A DNA stretch of 64,000 bases from Chiloscyllium plagiosum (taxonomy: Eukaryota). This document shows, piece by piece, positions 25,705-38,032 of this stretch. The translations under genes were made by a program, and so were the position numbers. Numbering within the stretch: position 1 is the stretch's first letter; each line of letters starts with the position of its first letter. The DNA lies in the NCBI RefSeq assembly GCF_004010195.1, contig NC_057720.1, positions 15,209,911-15,273,910 of the forward strand, in the 5' to 3' direction. The notes beneath the pieces were generated by a model. It did no database searches, was not told the DNA's origin, and saw nothing but the letters and a program-made list of their open reading frames with translations.

Positions 25705-28220
25705 TGTTTAGGTTAGGTTTATTTTCACTAGAAAAAAGGAGATTGAGGGGGCACCTGATTGAGGTTGACAAAATCATTAAGGGTATAGACAGGGTGGATA
25801 GAGACAAGCTTTTTCCCAGGGTGGAGGATTCAATAACGAGAGGTCATGCTTTCAAGGTGAAAGGTGGAAAGTTTAAGGGGGCCAATTTCCCTTGATAGTC
25901 TTGCTTAATTAAAAATATTCTATCTGAAATTTAAATTTAATAATTGAATTAGTATTGACCATTGTTTGAGGAAGAGAGTTCCAAACCTCCACTGCTCTTT
26001 GCACGTAGAACATCTCAAACATCTCTCCCAAATGGCCTGGTTCTAATTCTTAGACTATACCCCCGTGTTTTAGATGTCAACCAGTGAAAATAGTTTATCT
26101 TTATCTATATTACCCCTTAAACATCTAAATTTTAGTACTTCACACAGAGGGTGTGGGCGTCTGGAGTGCGTTGCCAGCAGAGGTGGGTAGAGGCAGGCAC
26201 GGTAGATTTATTTAAGATGCATCTGGACAGATGCATGATTAGGTGGGGAGCAGAGGGATACAAATGCTTAGGAATTGACCGACAGGTTTACTCAGTACAT
26301 TTGGATCGGCTCAGGTTCTATTAATCCTTTCCTCTCCAAGTGCAAATGAATTCTGTCTCTCACAACTGCTTCCAATAGTTTCCCTACCACTTGCTTAGAT
26401 TGTGTAGTTTCCTGGTTTATCCCTTGCTCCCTTCTTGAATAACAGTAACACAATGGCTATCCCTCAGCCTTCTGGCACTTCACCTGTGGTGAGGGAGAAA
26501 TTGAAAATTAATGCCATCGCCCCTGCTATTTATCCCTTTGCCTAGTTCAACAACCTGGGATATATTTGATTCGGCCCTGTAGATTTCTCAATTTTGAAGC
26601 CTGTCAGACCACTCAGAACCTCCTAAGAACATAGGAACAGAAGGAAGGGTTTCAACCCCTCAAACCTGCTCTGCCATTCAATAAGATCATGGCTGATCTG
26701 TGGTCAAACTTCTTACGCCCGCCTTGGGCCATTTTACCTTGATAGTCTTGCTTAATTAAAAAAATTCTATCTGAGATTTAAATTTAACAATTGTATTAGT
26801 ATTGACCTTTGTTTGAGGAAGAGAGTTCCAAACCTCCACTGTTCTTTGCACGTAGAACATCTCGAACATCTCTCCCAAATGGCCTGGTTCTAATTCTTAG
26901 ACTATACCCCCTGTGTTCTAGATGTCAACCAGTGAAAATAGTTTATCTTTATATATATTACCCCTTAAACATCTAAATTTTAGAGAACAAAGGCCTAATA
27001 TATCTAATCACTCTTCATGACTTAACCCTGAAATCCAGCTAATATCCTTGTAAACTTGTGTTGAACTCCCTCCAGGGTCAAGACATCTTTCCTAAGCTGT
27101 GATACCCAGAGCTTCTCGCAGAACTCTTAAGTGGGGTCTAATTCTGTTTATACTAATTTCTTCAAGGATCTATCAGCCCTTCTCCCTGATTATACACACC
27201 AACGGAAGTGGTTGCACCGGGTGCATTAACAACATTAAATGCCATTTAAACAACATTTAGACAAATACATGGAAAGGAAAGGTTGAGAAGGATATAGGCA
27301 AAGCATAGAAAATGGGGTTAGCGTTGATGGACATTTTGAGCCAAAGTTTAGGCCAAAGGGCCTGTCTCCGTACTATAGGAGTCTATGACTTTACATCATC
27401 CCTATGACTAGTAGCACTGACATATTTTCATATTCATTTAGAACCCGACCTACATACTCTGGCTTCATGCACAAATTACCATTGTGATCCTTAATGGGCT
27501 ATACTCTTTCCCTAGTTATCATTTAATCATTAATTTACTTGTACAATAGCTTGAAATTTTCCTTTATTTTACCTGCCATTATTCTTTCATGTCCCCTTTT
27601 TCTTTTGTTTTTTTTTAAAAGTCTCCCCTTGCATATTCTGTACTCCCCTTGGACTTCTGCTGCTTTGAGGCTTTGGTATCTGCTATAAGTCTCCCTCTTC
27701 TCTTTATCCAATTCAGTATATCTCTTGATATCCAGGGTTCAAAGGATTTGTTGATCCCACCATTTGATTCTATTGGGACATGCTGACTCTGAACTCTCCC
27801 TAAATTATTCTTGAAAGTATCCCACTACTCTGACATAGATTTATCTAAAAGTATCAGCTTTCAGTCCACTCTGGCCAAATCATACCTGATCTTATTAAAA
27901 TTGGCCTTCCCCCCAGTTTAGAACTTTGATTTCAGGCCCATTCTTGTCCTTTAGTATAACAATTTTGAATTTAACCTAGTAATATTTGTTCCCCCACTGA
28001 TACTTCTATCATTTGCCCGGTTTCATTATGTAAATTTAAGTCCATGGCCACACCCCCTCTGTTGTGGAGACTTCTACATACTGTCATAAAAGCTATCCTG
28101 GATGCAAGTTAAGAATCCCCAACCCTCAACATCTTTCACACTATGACTACTCCAGTTAATATTGGGGAGGTTGAAATCCCCGACTACCATTTTCCTAAGA
28201 CTTTTACACTTCTCATGAAG
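25705..28220. mobile_element. Cluster of nested degenerate CR1 fragments on both strands
   Basis: RLGLFSLEKRRLRGHLIEV (plus, about 25710); MVVGDFNLPNINW (minus, about 28190); further CR1 3' fragments at 26625-27140 and 27200-27390. Confidence 0.75.
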
Positions 28221-28227
28221 TATTAGT

Positions 28228-30962
28228 GTTCGGGGCTTAGATGGAGAGGAATTTGTTAAGTGTGTACAAGACAACTTTCTGTTTCAGTATGTGGATGTAC
28301 CTACTAGAGAAGGTGCAAAACTTGACCTACTCTTGGGAAATAAGGCAGGGCAGGTGACTGAGGTGTCAGTGGGGGAACACTTTGATTTCAGGCCCATTCT
28401 TGTCCTTTACTATAACAATTTTGAATTTAACCTAGTAATAGTTGTTCCCCCACTGATACTCCTATCATTTGCACGGTTTCATTATGTAAATTTAAGTGGG
28501 GGGGCCAGCGACCATAATTCTATTAGATTTAAAATAATGATGGAAAAGGATAGACCAGATCTAAAAGTTGAAGTTCTAACTTGCAGAAAGGCCAATTTTG
28601 ACAGTATTAGGCAAGAACTTTCGAAAGCTGATTGGGGCCAGATATTTGCAGGTAAAGGGACGGCTGGAAGCTGGAAAATGGGAAGCCTTCAGAAATGAGA
28701 TAACGAGAATCCACAGAAAGTATATTCCTGTCAGGGTGAAAAGAAAGACTGGTAGGTATAGGGAATGCTGGATGACTAAAGAAATTGAGGGTTTGGTTAA
28801 GAAAAAGAAGGAAGCATATGTCAGGTACAGACAGGATAGATCGAGTGAATCCATAGAAGAGTATAAAGGAAGTAGGAGCATACTTAAGAGGGAAGTATGG
28901 AGGGCAAAAAGGAGACATGAGATAGCTTTGGCAAAAAGAATTAAGGAGAATCCAAAGAGTTTTTATAAATATATTAAGGATAAAAGGGTAACTAGGAAGA
29001 GAATAGGGCCCCTCAAAAATCAGCAAGGCGACCTTTGTGTGGAGCCGCTGAAAATGGAGAAGATACTAAATGGGTATTTTGCATCAGTATTTACTGTGGA
29101 AAAGGAAATGGAAAATATAAACTGTAGGAAAATAGATGTAGGGTCCTCTACATTTTCTCATTTATATAAATGATTTGCAACTTGCAAAATGTCCATATTA
29201 CAGAGGAGGAAGTGCTCGATGTCTTGAAACGAGTAAAGGTGGATAAATCCCCAGAACCTGATCAGGTGTACCCTAGAACTCAGTGGGAATTTAGAGAAGT
29301 GATCTCTTGCTGAGATATTTGTATCATCGATAGTCATAGGTGAGGTGCCGGAAGACTGGAGGTTGGCAAACATGGTGCCACTGTATAAGAAGGTTGGTAA
29401 AGACAAGCCAGGGAACTATAGACCAGTGAACCTGACGTTGGTTTTGGGCAAGTTGTTGGAGGGAATCCTGAGGGCAGGATGTACATGTATTTGGAAAGGC
29501 AAGGACTGATTCGGGATAGTCAACATGGCTTTGTGCATGGGAAATCATGTCCCACAAACTTGATTGAGTTTTTGAGGAAGTAACAAAGAGGATTGATGAG
29601 GGCAGAGCAGTAGATATGATCTATATGGACTTCAGTAAGGCATTTGTCAAGGTTCCCCATGGAGACTGATTATCAAGATTAGATCTCACGGAATACAGGG
29701 AGAACTAACCATTTGGATACAGAACTGGCTCAAAGGTAGAAGACAGAGGGTGGTGGTGGACGGTTGTTTTTCAGACTGGAGGCCTGTGACCAGTGGNNNN
29801 NNNNNNNNNNNNNNNNNNNNNNNNNNNNNNNNNNNNNNNNNNNNNNNNNNNNNNNNNNNNNNNNNNNNNNNNNNNNNNNNNNNNNNNNNNNNNNNNNNNN
29901 NNNNNNNNNNNNNNNNNNNNNNNNNNNNNNNNNNNNNNNNNNNNNNNNNNNNNNNNNNNNNNNNNNNNNNNNNNNNNNNNNNNNNNNNNNNNNNNNNNNN
30001 NNNNNNNNNNNNNNNNNNNNNNNNNNNNNNNNNNNNNNNNNNNNNNNNNNNNNNNNNNNNNNNNNNNNNNNNNNNNNNNNNNNNNNNNNNNNNNNNNNNN
30101 NNNNNNNNNNNNNNNNNNNNNNNNNNNNNNNNNNNNNNNNNNNNNNNNNNNNNNNNNNNNNNNNNNNNNNNNNNNNNNNNNNNNNNNNNNNNNNNNNNNN
30201 NNNNNNNNNNNNNNNNNNNNNNNNNNNNNNNNNNNNNNNNNNNNNNNNNNNNNNNNNNNNNNNNNNNNNNNNNNNNNNNNNNNNNNNNNNNNNNNNNNNN
30301 NNNNNNNNNNNNNNNNTTTCCTTTATTGGTCAGAGCATTGAGTATAGGAGTTGGGAGGTCACGTTGTGGCTGTACAGGACATTGGTCAGGCCACTGTTGG
30401 AATATTGTGTGCAATTCTGGTCTCCTTCCTATCGGAAAGATGTTGTGAAACTTGAAAGGGTTCAGAAAAGATTTACAAGGATGTTGCCAGGTTTGGAGGA
30501 TGTGAACTATAGAGAGAGGCTGAACAGGCTGGGCTGTTTTCCCTGGAGCGTCAGAGGCTGAGGGGTGACCTTATAGAGATTTACAAAATTATGAGGGGCA
30601 TGGATAGGGTAAATAGGCAAAGTCTTTTCCCTGGGGTCGGGGAGTCCAGAACTAGAGGGCATAGGTTTAGGGTGAGGGGAAAGATATAAATGAGACCCAC
30701 GGGGCGACCTTTTCACATAGAGAGTGGTACATGTATGGAATGAGCTGCCAGAGAAAGTGGAGAATGCTGGTACAATTGCAACATTTAGAAGGCATTTGGA
30801 TGGGTAAATGAATAGGAAGGGTTTGGAAGGATATGGGCCAGGTGCTGGCAGGTGGGACTCTATTGGAGTCATAGTCATAGAGATGTACAGCATGGAAACA
30901 GATACTTCGGTCCATCTCTCCCATGCCAACTAGATATCCCAACCCAGTCTAGTCCCACCTAC
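28228..30962 (+). mobile_element. 5'-truncated CR1 LINE ORF2 (APE end + RT) with inverted 3' tail
   Basis: DVPTREGAKLDLLLGN, IKENPKSFYKYIK, EYCVQFWSP; highly similar to 62490-63960; tail motif on the minus strand at 30867-30962. Confidence 0.93.
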
Positions 30963-32836
30963 CTGGACTGTTAGGGTTCTTATAATATACCCATATCAAT
31001 GTGATAAGTTCTACCCATATGGTTTGATTGGAAGAGTCTTGTCATGTCTCCTTACTGCTGTAATTGTTTCATTGATCAATACCATGATACCCCCTCCCCT
31101 CTTTTACCACCTTTCCTGATTCACCTGAAGACGCTATATCCTGGAATATTGAATGGCCAATAACCTACCCTTCTTTCAAAAATGTCTCAGTGACAACAAA
31201 GTGTCATAGCGTCATGTTTTAATTTGTGCCCTCACTGTTCCGTCAGATTCTTTGCATTAAAATAAATACCATCCAAATTTACCTTGTGCCTTAACTGGCC
31301 TATAATTTTTTTTGGCCTTCTTGACTCCCTTGCTGTCTTTAGTTTTGGCCATTTATGTTCCCCTGGTAGACAAGCAGGAGGCTGCTTCCCCTGCCAAATA
31401 TTCTGTTTTGTTCCCATTCTGGTTCAGGTGCAAACTGCCTGTCTTGTTAATATATCACTGTTTCCCCCAAATAGCTCCAATGTCCCAGAAATCAAAGGCC
31501 TCCCTCCAGATTTGGAGATGCCGGTGTTGGACTGGGGTGTACAAAGTTAAAAATCACACAACACCAGGTTGTAGTCCAACAGGTTTAATTGGAAGCAGTA
31601 GCTTTTGGAGCGCCGCTCCTTCAACAGGTGGTTATGGAGGATACAATTGTAAGACACAGAATTTATAGCAAAAGTTTACAGTGTGATGTAACTGAAATTT
31701 AACATTGAAAAATACCTTGATTGTCTGTTGAGTCTTCCATCTGTTCGAATACCATGATAGTTTCACTTCTTTCATATGTAAATCACAACTTTTTAAAAAA
31801 AAGTTATATTCTTAGGGTAACTGTAACAACTGGTATCAGCCAGATAAGATGTTAAGATGTTGAAGGTGTTAGCCCCCTGTGTTCCCTGTCTGTGCCATAA
31901 TGTTTAGACTGATTCTAATCTAAAAAGTGAGTTAACAGAGTCTTACATGGATTCATGCAGTTTTTGAGCAAAGTACAATGTAACTCTGCAAGTACAAATT
32001 CACCCCACAAACATATATGTGTATGTGTGCATGTGGGAACGGGGTATGATGCTTAACTCATCGACTGCCAGTTCCGACATGCCACAGCAAGGAACCGTAA
32101 TGACCTCCTCAGGAGACAGACACATGCTGCAACCGACAGGGTACCCTTTATTGTCCAGTACTTCCCAGGAGCCGAAAAACTACGCCATGTTCTTCGCGAC
32201 CTGCAACATGTTATCAATGAGGATGTGCACCTCAACAAGACCTTCCCCACACCCCCACTGCTCACCTTTAAACAATTGCTAAACCTCAAACAGATCATTG
32301 TTCATAGCAAACTGCCCGGCTTTCATGACAACGCCATACAATCCTGACATGGTAGGTGCTGCAAGACGTGTCAGAGTGGGGACAGGGACACCACCAATTA
32401 CGCATGGGGACACCTCCTACCAAGTACATGACAGGTACTCATGTGACTCAGCCAACGTTGTCCATGTCATACGCTGCAGGTAAGGATGCCCTGAGGCATG
32501 GTACATTGGTGAAACCCAGCAAAGGCTACAGCACTGCACATCAATCAACAGACAGGAGTGTTCCCTCCCAGTTGGGGAACACTTCAGCGGTCCAGGACAT
32601 TCGACCTCAGACCTTTGGGTGACCATCCTCCAAGGCGGACTTCGGGACAGACAACAACAAAAAGTGGCCCAGCAGAGGCTGATAGCTAAATTCTGTACCC
32701 ATAGGAAGAGCCTCAACCGGCACCTTGGGTTCACGTCACACCACAGGTGACCACCATTGCACTATACACACACACACTGACACACATACACAGACACTCA
32801 CACTCCTACAGACACACACACTCCCTCACAGACTTA

Positions 32837-33048
32837 TGATTTGGAGATGCCGGTGTTGGACTGGGGTGTACAAAGTTAAAAATCACACAACACCAGGTTA
32901 TAGTCCAACAGGTTTAATTGGAAGCACACTAGCTTTCGGAGCCTCGCTCTTTCATTCATCACCTGATGAAGGAGCGTCGCTCCGAAAGCTAGTGTGCTTC
33001 CAATTAAACCTGTTGGACTATAACCTGGTGTTGTGTGATTTTTAACTT
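32837..33048. mobile_element. Family-B fold-back mini-element nested in its parent family
   Basis: Inverted arms; flanking direct repeat CTCACAGACTTA at 32825-32836 and 33049-33060. Confidence 0.85.
32960..32994 (+). ncRNA. Minimal hammerhead ribozyme motif (family B)
   Basis: CAC-CTGATGA-A-GGAGC-GTC-GCTCC-GAAAG-CTA-GTG: stems I and II pair perfectly. Confidence 0.78.
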
Positions 33049-33406
33049 CTCACAGACTTAGACCACTTTACACTCTCTCACACTCACAACCCCCCACCCA
33101 GACACACACACTCCTACAGACTTACACATGCATCCTCTCACAGACTTAGACCACTTTACACTCACAACCCCCCACCCCAGTCAGACAGACAGACAAACCC
33201 ACATGCACACATATACATATACGTTTGTGGGGTGAATTTGTACTTGCAGAGTTACATTGTACTTTGCTCAAAAACTGCATGAATCCATCTAAGACTGTTA
33301 ACTCACTTTTTAGTTTAGAATCAGTCTAAACATTATAGCACAGACAACAGAACACAGGGGGTTAACACCTTCAACATTATTATCTGGCTGACACCAATTG
33401 TTACAG

Positions 33407-33618
33407 GATTAGTGGCGCTGGAAGAGCACAGCAGTTCAGGCAGCATCCGAGGAGCTTCGAAATCGACGTTTCGGGCAAAAGCCCTTCATCAGGAATAAAG
33501 GGCTTTTGCCCGAAACGTCGATTTTGAAGCTCCTTGGATGCTGCCTGAACTGCTGTGCTCTTCCAGCACCACTAATCCAGAATCTGGTTTCCAGCATCTG
33601 CAGTCATTGTTTTTACCT
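33407..33618. mobile_element. Family-A fold-back Penelope mini-element nested in the family-B element
   Basis: Near-perfect inverted arms; TSD ATTGTTACAG at 33397-33406 and 33619-33628. Confidence 0.88.
33461..33496 (-). ncRNA. Minimal type-I hammerhead ribozyme motif (family A)
   Basis: Minus strand reads AUUC-CUGAUGA-A-GGGC-UUUU-GCCC-GAAAC-GUC-GAUU. Confidence 0.75.
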
Positions 33619-34049
33619 ATTGTTACAGTTAACCTGAGAATGTAACTTTTAAAAAAAAATGCTTTGTGATTTACAAATGAAAGAAGTGAAACGATCATGG
33701 TCATTCTAACAGACGAGAGACTCAACAAACAATCAAGGTATTTTTCAATGTAAAATTTCAGTTACATCACAATGTAAACTTTTGCTATAAATTCTGTGTC
33801 TTACAATAGTGTCCTCCACAACCTCCCTCCAGCTCTCTCTGTCTCTGTCTGTCTCCAGCCACGCACTCACCTGCACTAACCTCCTCTTTCTATACTGACT
33901 CCTATCTTTACTCAGTTCCTTTCTCTCCACAGATGCTGTCCGACATATCGAATTTCTCGAGCACTTTTTTGTTTGTTTCAGATTTCTAGTATCTGCAGTT
34001 CTTCATTTACATGCGAGGTTAGAATGATAGAGGCCCGCGGGAAGCTTTA

Positions 34050-35046
34050 CAGTGAGGGACCGCGGCGAGCGGGGGAAGGGTTAGAGTGAGGGACCGCGGG
34101 GAGGGGGAAGGGTTGAGTGAGGGAACCGCGGCGAGCGGGGGAAGGGTTAGAGTGAGGGACCGCGGGGAGGGGGAAGGGTTAGAGTGAGGGACCGCGGNNN
34201 NNNNNNNNNNNNNNNNNNNNNNNNNNNNNNNNNNNNNNNNNNNNNNNNNNNNNNNNNNNNNNNNNNNNNNNNNNNNNNNNNNNNNNNNNNNNNNNNNNNN
34301 NNNNNNNNNNNNNNNNNNNNNNNNNNNNNNNNNNNNNNNNNNNNNNNNNNNNNNNNNNNNNNNNNNNNNNNNNNNNNNNNNNNNNNNNNNNNNNNNNNNN
34401 NNNNNNNNNNNNNAGTGAGGCACCGCGGGGAGGGGGGAAGGGTTAGAGTGAGGGACCGCGGCGGGCGGGGGAAGGGTTAGAGTGAGGGACCGCGGCGGGC
34501 GGGGGAAGGGTTAGAGTGAGGGACCGCGGCGGGCGGGGGAAGGGTTAGAGTGAGGGACCGCGGCGGGCGGGGGAAGGGTTAGAGTGAGGGACCGCGGCGG
34601 GCGGGGGAAGGGTTAGAGTGAGGGACCGCGGCGGGCGGGGGAAGGGTTAGAGTGAGGGACCGCGGCGGGCGGGGGAAGGGTTAGAGTGAGGGACCGCGGC
34701 GGGCGGGGGAAGGGTTAGAGTGAGGGACCGCGGCGGGCGGGGGAAGGGTTAGAGTGAGGGACCGCGGCGGGCGGGGGAAGGGTTAGAGTGAGGGACCGCG
34801 GCGGGCGGGGGAAGGGTTAGAGTGAGGGACCGCGGCGGGCGGGGGAAGGGTTAGAGTGAGGGACCGCGGCGGGCGGGGGAAGGGTTAGAGTGAGGGACCG
34901 CGGCGGGCGGGGGAAGGGTTAGAGTGAGGGACCGCGGCGGGCGGGGGAAGGGTTAGAGTGAGGGACCGCGGCGGGCGGGGGAAGGGTTAGAGTGAGCCAC
35001 CGCGGCGGCGGGGGAAGGGTTAGAGTGCGGCACCGCGGCGGCGGGG
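34050..35046 (+). repeat. 34-bp G-rich minisatellite (GAAGGGTTAGAGTGAGGGACCGCGGCGGGCGGGG)n, interrupted by an N gap
   Basis: GAAGGGTTAG recurs at 34471, 34505 ... 34641, 34811, 34981 (period 34); about 17 near-identical copies after the gap plus variant copies before it. Confidence 0.97.
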
Positions 35047-35058
35047 AGGTCAGACGTG

Positions 35059-35170
35059 ATGGATATGGACGGCTTGAGAGGATCGAGCCGGAGTTGGGGC
35101 GTCAGCGACACGGACGGTCTGCGAGGATCGAGCCGGGGTTGGGGTACCACAGAGTCGGAGAATCTGAGAG
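35059..35170 (+). CDS. Candidate first coding exon of ZNF326 (3' boundary uncertain)
   Basis: ATG in the CpG island opens a frame of three 15-aa repeats with mostly synonymous differences. AG|GTAGGA after 35170 is a phase-1 donor compatible with downstream exons. An alternative is ATG 35393 to donor A|GTGAGG after 35465 (also phase 1). Confidence 0.35.
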
Positions 35171-36559
35171 GTAGGAGCCGGCGATGGGCCGTGGGAGCAC
35201 CGAGGGAGGGAGGGAGGGGCCTCTCTCCTCCTCCTCCTCCTCCTCCTCCTTCCTGGTGGAATGGGGCTGGGGTTGGGCCTGACAGAACCTCCCCGGTAAA
35301 GAGGGGGCTCGGCGGAGATGGCCCAAGGAGCCCGTGTGCCCTGATCTCGGTCGGGGTGTGGCTGGGTCGGTGAGGCCGGCGCCGAGTTTAAAATGGCGGC
35401 GGTGCGGGTGCTCTGGGGGAGGGGGAGAGAGAGCGGGGGGGAGGGACTCGGGGGGTGGCCGGGCAGTGAGGCCACTCTTCACTCCGTCAGCGCTTCAATA
35501 ACACGGGGCTTGCAGAATAAATACCGAGGAACATATCCATCTGTCCCCCTCCTCCCTCTCCCGGGGCTGTTGGGGCCGCCATTTTACACCCAGCTTGGCC
35601 CATCCCGCGCTGCTGATGCTCAGAATAAAGGCCCACAGCAGACTCACAATTACATTACACGCTTAGAGTACCACCACCTGAACATTTTCACCACCCATTG
35701 TTAGTGTATTTCGTTATATTGTGGGTTTTCTCAAGATCCGCGATTTCCATTGTGTCCCTCTTTAAAATTAGAGTCCTTTGTCTCACGGGCTTTCTTATAA
35801 TCAGCAACGAATTGGCGTTTTTTTTCACGAACTTGTTTGTTCATTGTTGTTGAGATTTTCACTTTTTTAGTAAGAAAACACAAAACGCAAGAAAGGTTAA
35901 TTAAAATTTTAACATACTCTTTCTGGTGCACATAGCACGGTTAGTCACAAAATTCCTCCAATTGATCTTAATTATCAATCGGCTTGTATGCAATTTAAAA
36001 ATGCTGTAATGTTACAATAGTATTTGGGACTGTTGTACCAGATTGTACTAAACTCGCCAGGGTGTAATATATTAAATATAAAGGTGTGTTGCCTAATTAC
36101 AAAATTAAAACTTATAAAATAACTAGATCTTAAAAGCCAATCAGCCTCCAAATAAACCCATGTATCAGTTTTTTTAAAGTACATTTTTAGTTTCTGGGTT
36201 CATTTCTCTTACCTGGGGGATGAAGGTAAAAATGGAGAGCAAATGTAAAGTGGTACATTTCTGAAGTTATTGAATTCAATATTGAGACCCATTAGGCTAA
36301 AAGGTGGCAAAGTGGAAAATGAGGTGTGGTTCTTCGAGCTTGTGCTGTTCTTCTGCCCAGGACAGAACAGTCAACATGACTGTTTGCTCCATGTCATCCT
36401 GAGCCACTCCTGTCACTCCAAATGGTCCTCACTCCACTGTGGTGCTTTTCCATGCAGGCACAGAAGGCGTAACACTTCCAGTGTTTGGCATATTCTTTCA
36501 ATATGATCTGCCGTATTCACTGCTTACAATGCAGTCAACTTACATTAGCGAGTCCAAAT

Positions 36560-37250
36560 TGTTACGACACTGAGTAACCCTCCTGCTTAATTTAAACCAG
36601 CAACACAGAAAAGATTTATCCTGTACAGTAATCTGAAAATTTGAGACCATGAACTATTGTAAATATTAACAACTTTATTTGTTAAGGTATAACAGAATAA
36701 TTAACTAACAACTATTTACAACTCCTTTCTCTAACCTATCTTTTACCTTCCTCTTCTACAATACTAGTCTGATAAAAGCCCCCAATTATGATTTAACAAA
36801 AATTCAAGTTTTCAAAACCAGCCAGATGTCAAATCTTATCTTCCTCAGTCTTTTCTTCTTAGGGATTTCTGTTTCACAGGTCACTGATTGATAAAGGTAC
36901 ATTTAAGAGAGCTATTCTTCAGGCAGTCTGCAGATGCTGGTGGCTTGGCAGTTCTCTCAATTGTTCAATTTTCCCCCATCTTATACCCCCAAAGTATCGG
37001 ATTGTGTCACGGCTTTTAAGATCGTCAATATGCTAAATTCAAACTTGATTGGAGTTTGGTATTTTTGGGGGTATAATTCACACTGGTTGGGCTAATTCGA
37101 ATTTGTTTTGTCGTCTCCACGCAACCAGCTCATGGAGTTGTTCGACCAAATGTTGCATTATATCTTGTTCAGGATACTTGGTGCTGTGTCAGATAGTTCT
37201 GCTAGTGTTTAGCTCTCTTAAAGGTACAGAACACCTACATGTTCATAACA
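36560..37250. mobile_element. Solo LTR (691 bp) inserted in a degenerate Penelope GIY-YIG fragment
   Basis: Termini TGTTA...TAACA with 4-bp TSD AAAT at 36556-36559 and 37251-37254; the flanks rejoin as Penelope-like sequence (about 36385-37480). Confidence 0.8.
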
Positions 37251-37631
37251 AAATGCAGACTGGGTGACAGCTTTGCCAAACAACTCCACTCTGTAGGAAT
37301 GACCTGATGTATCAGGTCCCTGCCATTTCAGTAAGCCGCCTTACTATCACAATGATACTTATGTCCTGTGCCTGCCACAATGTTGCAATGAAACACAATG
37401 ACTGGTAGTACCTCATTTTCTAATGAGGTACTTTACTGTCTCAATCTCAATATTGAATCCAATAACTTCAGAAACTGGCTGCACTTTTCTCCACTTTTCC
37501 TTGTATTGTCACACACCCCACACACCATATTTGTCTTGTTTACTTTGCACGTAGTAGAGAGGACCAATTTTCTCCCCCTTATAGACACAGAATAAAGGAC
37601 TGCATATACTGGATATCTGAAACAAATAAAA

Positions 37632-38032
37632 TAGATTTACAAGGATTTTGCCAGGGTTGGAGAGTTTGAGCCATAGGGAGAGGCTGGAAAGGCTAGAGCT
37701 GTTTTCCCTGGTGTGTCAGAAGCTGAGGAGGAGCATGGATATGGTAAATAGACAAGGTTTTCCTCCTGGGGTTGGAGAGTCCAGTACTAGAGGATGTAGG
37801 TTTAGGGTGAGAGGGGAAAAATATAAGAGAGACCTAAGGGGCAATTTTTTCACACACAGGGTGGTACGTGTATGGAATGAGCTGCCAGAAGAAGTGGTGG
37901 AGGCTGGTACAATTGCAGCATTTAAAAGGCATCTGGATGGGTATATGAATCTGAAAGGTTTAGAGGGATATGGGCCAGGTGCTGGCAAACGGGACCAAAT
38001 TAGGTCTGTTTCTGTGTTGTACATCTCCGACA
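37632..38032 (+). mobile_element. CR1 LINE 3' fragment
   Basis: PGLESLSHRERLERLELFSL...RGNFFTHRVVRVWNELP. Confidence 0.9.

Larger units (their letters stand above)
31510..33821 (+). mobile_element. Family-B Penelope-like element with long inverted terminal repeat and GIY-YIG remnant
   Basis: About 31630-32020 is the reverse complement of about 33220-33821; internal NVVHVIRCR/WYIGET/VGEHFSGPGH; 11-bp TSD CCTCCCTCCAG at 31499-31509 and 33822-33832. Confidence 0.85.
34030..35620. promoter_or_regulatory. CpG island / probable ZNF326 promoter
   Basis: Only strongly GC- and CpG-rich stretch in the window; many GGGCGG boxes; YY1-type AAAATGGCGGC at about 35390-35400; lies upstream of the ZNF326 exons. 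Confidence 0.75.

Noticed and set aside
34434..35015. Regular repeat array as CRISPR or telomere
   Set aside because: No unique spacers, eukaryotic context, and the unit is 34 bp with a single GGGTTAG rather than (TTAGGG)n.
35393..35704. 103-aa ORF starting in the AAAATGGCGGC motif as an independent gene
   Set aside because: Low-complexity GC-rich translation without homology; better explained as a YY1-type site or alternative first exon.
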